Source: Perna viridis
Taxonomy: Eukaryota
Direction: 5' to 3'
Length of the DNA stretch: 64,000 nt
Assembly (NCBI GenBank): GCA_037379345.1
Contig: CM074513.1
Span: 7,006,001 to 7,070,000 of the forward strand
The notes beneath the pieces were generated by a model. The model was not told where the DNA came from, made no database searches, and saw only the letters and a program-made list of their open reading frames with translations. Below, one piece after another: positions 39,250 through 50,500 of the stretch (position 1 is its first letter; each line of letters starts with the position of its first letter). Made by a program: the position numbers and the translations under genes.

Positions 39250-42095
39250 AAGAGTAATCAAGGAAACTAAGGTTATAGCAGTAATCAAAAGAATGTAATC
39301 CAGGGACAAAGACCAGACATGGAAAACATACATACACAACAAAGAACATAAAGTAACTAAAATCATACATACAAAGTAACAAAAGCAAATGAGCAATTCG
39401 GACTTCACTAAAAACTGGGAGCATGGACCAGGTGCACCGGTAGGGTAAGCGTCCTCTGTTTTTCTAGAAACACCCGCCGAGTTGCTCATAAAAAGTCAAG
39501 TCCGGGGTAGACAAACGAGGAAATGAAAACTATGACCCGTTGAATAAATCAGTTTTCATGGTGCAGATGGATACACCATAACGATCCACGAGTTCATGAT
39601 GACGACCATAAAACTTCTGTAGTGATGACTTCAATATTGTAGCAACATAACCCTCTCCCAGAAGCCTATTTGTTAGAGTTCTAGCGCGATACAAAAAGTC
39701 TGCGAAGTTTCAGCAAGCTCTGGCATAACGTATGAGCTGTGATATGAACACTCCATACGCAGGTGCTGAAGGGATGTTGCCACAGATGAAAGGTACGTTG
39801 ACAATTTTGAATGAAAAGTCATCACGCTTGTCGTAAAGTTTGGTCAATAGTTTTCCTTTACCATCGATTTCTAAGTGTAGGTCAAGATATGAGGCTGACT
39901 TCACAGAGTCTGTAGCATCCTGTATAAAACGTTCTTTGGGGGTAGATGCGATGTATCAAATCCCCGAAATTAGAATTGTTTAAAGATAATACGTCATCTA
40001 TATAGCGGAAACTGAGATTAAAGGATCTAACTAAACGATATTCTTTCTTTCGGATCAGATCAGCTATAAAGTCAGCCTCATAAGAGTGGCGGAAAAGGTC
40101 AGCAAGTAAAGGAGCACAATTTGTTCCCATTGGAATGCCGACCGTTTGTTGAAAAACACGTCCACCACTCTGGATAAATATGTTGTCGATTAAAAATTCC
40201 AGCATTTTGTAAACATCTTCCTCTGTATATTTGGAAGATAATTTGGAATTATTTCTTACAAAGAATGAGGAATCTCTACCAATAACTATATATTTGTATC
40301 TAGGTGTACCATCTCTTTGGGAAAAACAACGATGTATAATGTTTTTAAGTCGGGATTTTAACTGAGTATGGGGAATAGAAGTATACAGTGTTGAAAAATC
40401 ATAGGTTTTAATGCTATTATATTCAGATAATAGTCTGGAACTGATTGTCTCCAAAAGATCTTTCGAATTTTTCAGGATCCACATTGAATTACGGTAATAC
40501 CACTACGGGAGTAACAAGTGTTGTGGTAGGACTGTAGACCCTCTTTGACAGTTGTGAGTATAGAAGTTAAAAGTTTTGAAAGAGGTTTGGCGGTACATTT
40601 TGCAGATCCAGCTATGAAACGTTGTTTGTATGGATTCTTGTGGAGTTTAGGAATCCAGTACATAGACTGTAAATAATAATCATCGTCCTTGGTAGAGAGA
40701 CCAAAAGACGATAGCACAGATTTATGGTTTTCCACAATCTGTGTGGAGAGTGTGGTAGCAGTATAGGTCTTATCACTGCTAATATTTTCTACGTCTACCT
40801 CTGATAATAAACATTGGATGTAAAACGTTTTGCAGACAAAAACAAATATGGGGGAATTTGTTGGTAACGTTTTTGTGATGGAGGATGTTAGCCAAATTAA
40901 TTGCATCTATACCTTTGTTGACAAACGGTAGTGGAAGAAATTATCGTTTTCTTCATCTTGACTTTTCAAACAAACTGGTTTAAAGAGTCTGTGGAAACTA
41001 ATGATGAAGTGGGGTCAGAAACAGGAGTGTCAAGACTTGTTTTGTAAAGAGAGTGTAGTAAAGTGAGAGATAAAGAATAAAGTTTGGTTCTAATGTGATG
41101 ACGTCCAAGAGGTTTTTGTAAGAAAGGAGGGACACCATCTATGTAACTTACCTGACGTATAGTGGCGATGACCATGACTCCTTTCCCGTGTTGGATTTTT
41201 GTCAAATAAATTCATCACATTTATGCTATTGTTATATTGGCCTGAAAGGTTTCCTATACTTTTGATGTTGTCATTGCATCCGTAAGGTATTGCAGTACCT
41301 AGTCTGCATATCCAGTACTCCTCTCTTTCCATACGATAGTTTTTACTTAGAACGGGACTGTTCGTAGAATGATATTTTTTTTCTAAAATACGAACTTTCA
41401 TAGAGGAGATTGAATGATCTTGTTGATTAAAGTATTGATAAGCTGTCGGGAATTTGATGGTGTTAATTCCCGAACGATGACCGCACATTCTTTTGTTTAA
41501 TCGTTCTTGCGTTTTTCCGACATATACTAAACCACATTCTGATCCATATATTAAGTTTGTTGATTTGCAACTTTAGTCATCATGACTCCTTGTATGGAAG
41601 GTTTTGTTTGTAAGGGAACTGGAGAAGTAAGGGTCGGTTATAAGACTGTTGCATGTTCTGCAATTTTTTATACCACATTTTGATATGGTACAATGTGGTT
41701 CGTCATCGTTGTAGTCAAATATATCATTGAAAGTGATGGAACATGGTTTGATGATTTTGAAATAGTCAGAATTTTGTACTGGAATAGATGGTCTGTAGAC
41801 TGAACGTGTGATTTTGTACTTTTAGTTGAATTGGTCGGGGCACTTTCCATACCAGATGTGGGACACCACATTCTTACAAGACAACAGTGTGTCCGATCTG
41901 CTGTCAGGTTCGGACCTTTTTATACTGGGCGACATCCGAGCCAGTTTTTCTTTCATTCCTCTTGTTAAAATCATTAATTAAAAATAAAATTGTAAATAGA
42001 CAATAAATAATGGAATGCAAACACAAAAAGATTAACTTAAATACCTGATCAAAATCAAACGAATCAAGAACGGTAACTCTTGAAACGTGCCAATT
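39250..42095 (-). mobile_element. Naiad-type Penelope-like retroelement (N-terminal GIY-YIG, C-terminal RT), decayed and internally deleted
   Basis: 5' to 3' on minus: CGIKNCRTC; GIY-YIG (NLIYG..CGLVYVGKT..RLNKRMCGHRS...REEYWI..LGT..PYGCN); RT (YWIPKLHK, KTYDFSTLYT, QTVGIPMGTNCAPLLADL, FRYIDD); thumb (YDKRDDF...SQLIRYARAC...KFYGRHH) ending TAG at 39530; ~280-bp 3' UTR. Confidence 0.92.
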
Positions 42096-42923
42096 TAATA
42101 CACGATCTATTTAATTCTTATCTCAAAAGTGCAAGACCTAAATGACAAATGTAGACCGGTTTTGTGGTCTGTAAGTGTTTCTGAATTTAAAAATAAAAGA
42201 ATTTGGTGGTTTTAGAAATGCATGAATCACTTCTTGTCTGACTTTTATAAAGACCGCTAATTAAATATTTACAAACAAAACGAATGCACATTCCAAGCAA
42301 TCATTCTTACCCCCTACATGTATAAAATACAAATGTTGCAAAAAACGCCTGGATAACTTGACTACAGACTTAATCTTTTTCGACTGAACGAACTTTTTTT
42401 TCATTTATTCGGCAAGCCAGGTCTACTATGCACTTAAATACATTTATTGTTGACTAATAATATTTTACCTGCCTTTCGCAACATTAGATTTACGATATAT
42501 ATGCATACTGATATTCTAGAGGCAATTTCATGCAAAACCAATTGAGCTCGTTTTCGTAGTGTCTGTGTTTTAATGTGACTTAATAAAACGACCATACTTA
42601 AAAAAGTATATCTTATGTATTTTGACTTATTTTACCTGAGCTACATGTGTACTTGTGACCCAGTGGTTAATCCGGAGGGCACTAGATACTGTAACATGGA
42701 ACAAACTTATTTTATGCTCATTAAATATCGTTAATAGGTCATATTACAATATATGGTAGTGTAGTCGACCTGTTTATGTGTGATTTGTCGAATTAGTCAT
42801 ACTGTGTCATTTTAAATATTCCAGTAACTCTTGCTTGAAAGTTAGTCTTAAAATTCTAACATTGATTTAAAATCATATCACTTGAAAAATGTCGTTTTAC
42901 AGCATATCAGTAGTTGTACATCG

Positions 42924-43388
42924 ATGGCTAGTAGTGCATCTTGTCTGATTGACACTCTGAAAAGACTCAAGGAATGTGTTAAGCAAAATAAGACACCTTT
43001 GTGGTGTAACAAAAATGTGTCATTGGAACCAAGGAGAATAGACTTGGAATTCTTCGATCGAAAATACGACTTTGACAATTCTCTTTGTTCCAAACTGTTA
43101 GAGATTACAATTATCATTTTGGAACAGAAAATTGATGAAATAAAAGAAAGTGATTTTTTATTCAATGTTTCTGACAAGAAGGTTGTCTGTCTATCTGATA
43201 TTGTGGGAAAGGGAATATTGATATCAACAAATAATGCATTAAAGATCCAGGCTAACATTGAAAAATACCTGATTGAATTAAATGAGGTTTGGGAAGAAGC
43301 AATGGAGTATTATGAAGCAAACATTGAAAGACAAGACGATATTCGAGAGATTGAAGAACAATCTGAGAAATTCAAACAGAAATTATAG
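42924..43388 (+). CDS. Orphan ORF (~154 aa, helical/coiled-coil-like), probably TE-derived
   Basis: Long open frame in AT-rich DNA; ttttacag acceptor at 42902 upstream of ATG 42924; AATAAA ~43693; no certain family. Confidence 0.4.
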   Translation: MASSASCLIDTLKRLKECVKQNKTPLWCNKNVSLEPRRIDLEFFDRKYDFDNSLCSKLLEITIIILEQKIDEIKESDFLFNVSDKKVVCLSDIVGKGILISTNNALKIQANIEKYLIELNEVWEEAMEYYEANIERQDDIREIEEQSEKFKQKL

Positions 43389-44099
43389 GATGAAGGATTT
43401 CTATAACATCGTACGTTCGCATCACCGCTACGCACAACGTTCTATTCCGTATCAGTAGCCCACGTTATAACCATCTAAGGAAGAACTTGTAAATCATCAT
43501 TCCTATGGAAGAACCTGAACATAAAAATTTGATTTCAGGACCAACATGAAGAAAAAACACTAACCTCAGGGATGATAATAATACTAGTGATCAAAACGGA
43601 AATTCCTGTATAGTTTATCACAAAACTATGAGCTGAATACATGGTGATTTCTGGCAAGTAAAGGCAATGAATAGATGTTAAGATTATTGTTAAATAAAAA
43701 GATATAAAGAAAAGACGTCTTTTTATGGGACACATAGTACCATTTTGTACTTTTCGACTTAATCAATGAACAAGATTAAAAATGTTTTACTCTTTATGGG
43801 GTAGTTAAGTCGTTTTAATGCTAATTTAATAAACGTGTACTTTATTCGTGCTTTTTCATTGGTTGTTCATCTGTTATGACCACGGCACTGACAGTTTTAA
43901 CAACAGTATTAATTCCATGAACATATCGTAAACAAAGATGGCTAGTATCGCTTCGACAAAAGATAGAGCCAATTGAAGATGTGAATCAATAGTATCTGCT
44001 TTATTTCATTCATTTATGGCATCGGATATTCAAAACAACAATTTTGAAAGATTTTGGTTTTCAGTAACCCCTATATATTTACTTCGAATATAAAAAAAT

Positions 44100-45009
44100 A
44101 ACAAGCATGTCACGTTGTTGGTTGAATGCCGCCATTTGCAATGCCAATTCTGGGTGTAAATTTCACTAAATGATAGTCTTCAAGAAAATAAAAATGATAA
44201 AAGGACAGCGTTCCAATGCCCCCCCCCCCTCCCCCCAAAAAAGTGCGGAAAACTAAATTGACTGAAATCCAAGTCCAAGGGTCATAATCTCCATAAAAAT
44301 CAATCAACTGTAACTTCTAATAGTAAGGCTACGTACAAAGTATAAAATCAATTGGTAAAAGCAATACAAAAAATGTGCGGAAAAACTGTAAATTCACTGA
44401 AAAAGTCCAAGGGCCATATTAGACTTCTACAAAAATCATTCAACCGTAACCAAGGTCAAACTTAATCTGTAACTTGTCTTAGTAAGACTACACACAAAAA
44501 ATAAAATTAATTGGTAAAAGCATTGCAAAAAAAGGCGGAAAACTGTTTTCTAAGTCTAAGGGCCATAACTTCCATAAAACTCATCAATCCGTAACCAAAG
44601 ACCAAACTTTAATCTGTAACTCTTCATAATACGACCACATACCAAAAACAAACTTATTTGGTAAAAACATTGCAAAAAAGTGAAAAACTGTAAATTCACT
44701 GAAATTTTCCAATGCCAAGGGCCACATAAATCTTCTCCAAAAATCATTCAACCGTAACCAAAGTCGAACTTAATCTGTAACTTTTCATAGTAAGACTACA
44801 TAAAAATATAAAAATCAATTGGTAAAAGCATTACAAAAAAAAATTCGGAAAACTGTTTTCTAAGTCCAAGGGTCATAACGTCCTTAAAATCATTCAACCG
44901 TAACCATTGGCGAAAGCATTACAAAAAAGTGCGGAAATGCGGACGGACGGACGGACGGACGATCCGGCATTTTCATGTCCCCTCGCGACGCGTCGCGGGG
45001 GGACAATAA
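44100..45009 (-). mobile_element. Helentron-associated non-autonomous element (HINE/pearl-like) with a ~150-bp tandem array
   Basis: Palindrome tgtcccctcgcgacgcgtcgcgggggaca (44976-45005), (GGAC)5, repeat units at 44271, 44403, 44552, 44711 and 44862, acaag terminus. Confidence 0.85.
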
Positions 45010-45363
45010 ACGTATTTCAAATAGTTTGGGAATCATTATGGGCAAACACTGTTTTTCCAGAATTTATAGACGTATATATTTAAAATCATTGACTCACAAT
45101 TCTGACAAAAATGTCCGAAGGAAAAACGTGTTTTATCCTATAAAAAATTTGTTTAACCCTATCGTAGATTTAATGCGCCTGTCCACAACCAAAAGATGTC
45201 GGTCATCAATGTATATTACTTTTCTGTCTGATTATTAGGATTTGCCATCGAGCAGTTTCGGTCGATTTTTTACTCTTGTTGTCGGGGCATTTCAAAGATT
45301 GTTTACAGTGTGTTTTCGGCTTTTTATGAAGACCTTGTGTAAACATTACTGGTATTAATTATT

Positions 45364-45594
45364 AAGGACGGATCCAGGATTTCAGATTGGGAGAGGGGTG
45401 TACAGTTCAAGTTTTTTTTAGGTTAAATTTTTGAAATATTCTTCTAGAGTGGGCGCAATGTAGATATTTTTTGTGGTAAAATTAGCGAGAAATTAAAGTT
45501 TCAATCTTAAACCGCCTAAATCTACCCCTGACAACCCATGCTTTGCAAATTGGGGGGGGGGGGCTCGTCTCGCCACCGCCTTATTCCGCCCCTG
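45364..45594. mobile_element. hAT-like MITE remnant
   Basis: ggacggatccagg left end and tccgcccctg right end. Confidence 0.5.
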
Positions 45595-45821
45595 ATTTAT
45601 TTGTCCTGAGGCAACACAGAAGGCACATATGACAGGCCACAGACCTCTAAAAACTAAATTTACATTATTTTTAAGATTAGTTTTATATTTACTTGTATTT
45701 CATATCATTTATTCATTATTTCTTAAAATGTCAACTTAACCGCCATGCTGTTAGATTATCAAATTTTAGTTTAATAAGTAATTTTCTTGTTTATGTCAAA
45801 CGACTGAATGTTTCATTTTTT

Positions 45822-46745
45822 TTTTGCTCACCTGGCTCTTGGCCATGTGACCTATTGCAATCACTTGGCGTTCGTCATCGTCTGTTGCCGTCGTCGTCCT
45901 TCGTGGTTAACAATTTGTCAAAACGTTTCCTCTGAAAATACTTGACCAATTAGAACTAATTTAAAACTTAATATGAATGTCATCAAGGTATTCTACATAG
46001 AATTGATGTGGGGATTTTTGATCCGCAGAAAAACGTGACCGCCGTTACTAAAAATAGAACATAGGGGTCAGACAAATGTTTTTCACATGTATCTCAAAAC
46101 CGATCAGTTTAAGCCAAATTCTGACTGGGGTAAAGATGTAAAGCATGACGATAACTATCTGTAGCCAAATGTTCGTTTTAATCTGTTAAGCTTTGTTGGA
46201 ATAACTGACGTTTTTATTTTTATCTCGTTAGTATTTTTCTTTCAAAAATCTTCTCCTCTGATATTACTTGACCATTTGAAATTAAATTTGGCATGAATGT
46301 TTTCAGACTATTTTGCATAGAAATGATGTTGGGATTTTTGATCCGTTTCAAAAATATGACCGCCGTTACTTAGATTAGGACAAAGGGGTCAGACAGACAA
46401 TTTTCGCATATATTTCCTAAAACGTTGAGTTTAGCCAAATTTTGACGTGGTAAAATGTAAGCATGATGAGATATAATATCTCTGGTGATATTTTCGTTAT
46501 AATCTGTAAAACACTGTTGGAGCTATTGCCATTTTTGACGTTTTTCCCAATTTCTTATGTTATTTCTATGTTTTTTTTACACTTTCAGCTAATATCTTGA
46601 TAACTATAATAAATATATAAAAATTTTCATTTGATGAAATGATCCTTATGTCCTACCAAAGTCTTCCTTGAGTCAAGATTTTCAGAATCCTTGAAAGGCA
46701 AGAAATTAAAAGGAGGAGCGATTCAGGATCCTAGGGGCTTCTTGT
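45822..46745 (+). mobile_element. HINE-like element with two ~326-bp internal repeats
   Basis: ttgctcacctgg...gtga head, cgtcgt microsatellite, repeats at 45928 and 46254, gagcgattcagg...cttgt tail. Confidence 0.8.
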
Positions 46746-49700
46746 CATGTTTCATCAACACGTAAAAGCGTTGACCGTTTAGAATGAAGTGCGCTAGCAC
46801 TTTGTTTCCAAAAATTTGTGATCTTCAACCCATTACACGCCCATGAAACATCAAAAATAAAACAATCAAATCTTATAATTATATTTCATATTTTTTCTCT
46901 GATTCCATTTCTATAATATTTAAGCTACACATAGAGAATAAGCAATAGACAGTGATCATTTAAAGTAGTCCACTTTACTATGGGCGTGGCCTATATAAAT
47001 AGAGCGACGAGGTGTTTCAACAACTTATGAAACATCACGTGTAAAGCCGTTTATCCAATGAGATTAACTTATTCTAATGATATGCACAGTAAATGTAATT
47101 ATATACAGTTACTATTAAATTCGCATAAATTATTTATCAAATAACGCCATTATGAATCTCCTATTTTGCATTTTCATCTCAGTGTGGACTTTTTTTTTAT
47201 TACCGGATCAAAACATTGACGTAAGGTGGACTATACAGTCACATTAAGGCGCAGTGTTTCGCACACCAAGTTACCCTAGTCAAATTTTGTAAAACTTAAA
47301 ATTTAAAGTTGAAATTTGGTGGATATATTGTTTAAATGTAGTTAAGCATTTATACATAGACAAATGTAATATATGTGGTGGTAAACAGGTGTAATTTAAA
47401 TGAAGAATAGGGTCCGGAATGTTTCGGTCAAAATAGCTTTATTTCAACTAAATGAGGTCAACTTTTCAGAAATGACCTAATCGTATTGTACTACCTTAGT
47501 CTTCCGTCGATAAAGGAAGGGCTGCAACTCACCTGAAACTATATTGCACATTTGCTTAAATAGATGACTTACTACACCTTAATTGGCTTGTTGCTAATAA
47601 ACATGCATTTAATGATGGCATTTAGAGCGTAATTAACATCACAGTGGCAGTTATGTACGGTTAAAGAAACAAATAACGTGTACTGCTGCAACATTACAGC
47701 CTGCAAGCAGGTGCGTTTTCTTCAAAGGAAAATGGGCCATTACAAAAGCAGAAATATATATCTCTAATTGAATACTCGAAATCAATGTCAAAACACTCAG
47801 AACATGTTGATTGCAAAATTCTTGATTCCTTATGAACAATATGACAAGTGGGGTTTGCAATAAATATTACCATGAAAGCTATATGTCCCGTCCATGAAAA
47901 CCAGTATCTACACTCTTGTTGGTTCGGCTTAAAAGTACCATATGTTCACAATTAGCACGACATTAAGGCATGTCTTCATTGTTTAAAAGTTATTCACGAT
48001 TGGAGTTTCTGCTATTATATTTATAACTCTGTGTTCCTTTTTTCTTAAAAAAAAATAAAATAAACGAAAACGATGTCTAAGGTTCTGATATAGAAGAAGA
48101 AAAACAATCCGTAGTTGTGACAATCAAGCTGTGACAATATGATTGTCACTAGTAGAAAAAAAAACATGAGCAAAAGATCTTGAACCATATCTGCCAATTC
48201 CAACCAGTTACGCATGATTTCCACGCGTAGTTGAAACGCGAAAGTCCCATGTAAAATTTGTCGAATCAAAATGGCGGCATACTACGGTGTCTAACATTCC
48301 TACAAAATTTGATCTAAATCCGTTGAGCCGAATCCGATGATTTTCTTACACAAAGACTATAATGACAGACGGGAAGCACACACACACACACACACACAAG
48401 GCAATTGGTATTTATATGTGTTCTCCTGCGTTGCGACCGGAAACAATGAGGAAATCACATTTTCATTCTGGTCTGGAAAACCAGTGTGATTTGCTTTTAT
48501 CTACATCAGATCAATTTTGATTTTAAGAACACTTTACCCTGCAAAACATTTTACATCAAAAGAAAAGGTGACATTATTGTTTCACATATAACAATTTGAA
48601 AACTCCCTAGTTTTTCATAAAATGAAGATGCGTGTATTTACAACAATAAATATTGTAAAAATCTACTACGAAATGTATGTACCATAACCGATTTTCTTTC
48701 AAACTCATTATTCTTAATTTTAGTACTCAGATATTGTCCAGATCTGTGACTGAAAAACATTGTAGTAAAATGGAATTAAAATACCGAACTAGAAATTTAT
48801 CCACTGCATGATTTTAAGACGGTGCAATACTTAAAAATATCTTGAAGTTGGATGAACTTTTTTGCATTAAAAGCAGGAAGACATCCTAAAAGATGATACA
48901 TTAAAACCTGTGTGAACCGAACCAAGATTGACCCGAGACCTTTCAAAAGCAGACAATTTTTACTCTCTTTTAAGTCAAGTCGAAGATATTTTTAATCTTG
49001 ATATACCAAATACTTGACTAAACCGGACAAATCGTAAAATCAAAAAACAGGTTTAAGTTTGGATAGTTTTCAGTGTCTATATCAACTTCATAAATGTAAA
49101 CATCATCTCTAAGTGCAGATGAATCTATTTATCACATCGCCTTGACTTAATAAGGATACATAAGTATCAACAGCAAGTGTAAATCAATCTGATGACGTAT
49201 TTCTAAGAACACATTTAAGTACTAGTCAAACTAAGGTTCAGCCGAAAAAAGGGGGGATATCTACTCTTAAAACCATGTAGATTATTGTTATGAAATTATT
49301 ATACAGTTTTGTTTCCTGTTACACAGTTAAACAAAATGGAGGAAAATCCTTTAAAACTCATTTAACGACGCTTACTAAACAGTTTAAAAACAGTTTCTTT
49401 CGGTCGTGTTGTAGAAAATTAACGTTCATTATTAAGCTTGCATAACTCTTATATTGAATTTTACTGAAGTAAAATATAGTTAATTAACTACAGGAAGAAC
49501 TCATCAAAAATAGATTTGAAAAACGGTATAGATATAGCATTATCATAACTTAAAACTGCAAATACTGCAGGATATCTTCAGTAGTTTTAACTTCTCTTTT
49601 AGGAATTCTCTGTGGATTATGTATTCATGGTAAAGAAATAGGTACGTTTAAAATGTATATTCTTATTATATCAATCTTCTAACTATATACATGTAGTTAA

Positions 49701-50111
49701 AAGGAATACTGAAGTAACATTTTTCTTTAAAATATTTTTTGAGTCTTTTATAACAGAGCTTATTTTTGTTATTGAGGTTACCCTTTGTTTAGGATCTAAA
49801 AAGCAAAATATCTAAAAAAAATATTTTTTAACATAACTAGTTTTTACATGTCGTCAATTTTTATTTCAATGCATTCATTTTAAGCGTGTCCCTCACCATG
49901 CTACACTTATATGGATGCCATGAAGAGCTGCATAAAACTATCAGCGAAAGAGACTGATTAGCTAACAGCCGAAGCTGAATGTGTAAACGATGGTGGACAT
50001 TTGGTTGCCTTGGATACCCCTGAAAAAAAGAAGCAATGGAAAATAAAATAAGGAATTTGAGTATGTTTAAGTTAAGTTGTAATTCACAGCCAGGGTATGC
50101 AATGATACTTA

Positions 50112-50500
50112 TTAAGTACTTCTCCGTCTAAGAATCAGGCAAAATGTGTATAAGGTGTGGCACATAAAGAAAAAATACAGACATTTTATTGCATTATCCA
50201 AGTATTTATACCTAATAACCTAAAAAAATTACTGTCAAAGTGTTTGAAAAGTTTGCCTTTTTAAGATATTGATAGGTAAAATTTAGTTGAAATGCACTGT
50301 GGAAAAATGGCGGGAAAATTTTCCCGACATTTTTCTTATATAAGCAGTCAAAAAATATCTACATCACCGATGCTTCGGGATAAATTTAAATAGCTGTTCA
50401 GTTGTTTCTAGATGTGTTGAACGTATTTAAGGCAAAAAAGACCAAATTGAGAAATATGATGTGCCACCCATTGCCTGATTCTTACACAGAACGGTACTTA
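50112..50500. mobile_element. TTAA-flanked MITE in the lectin intron
   Basis: ttaagtac...taagaatcaggc and gcctgattctta...gtacttaa inverted ends. Confidence 0.7.
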
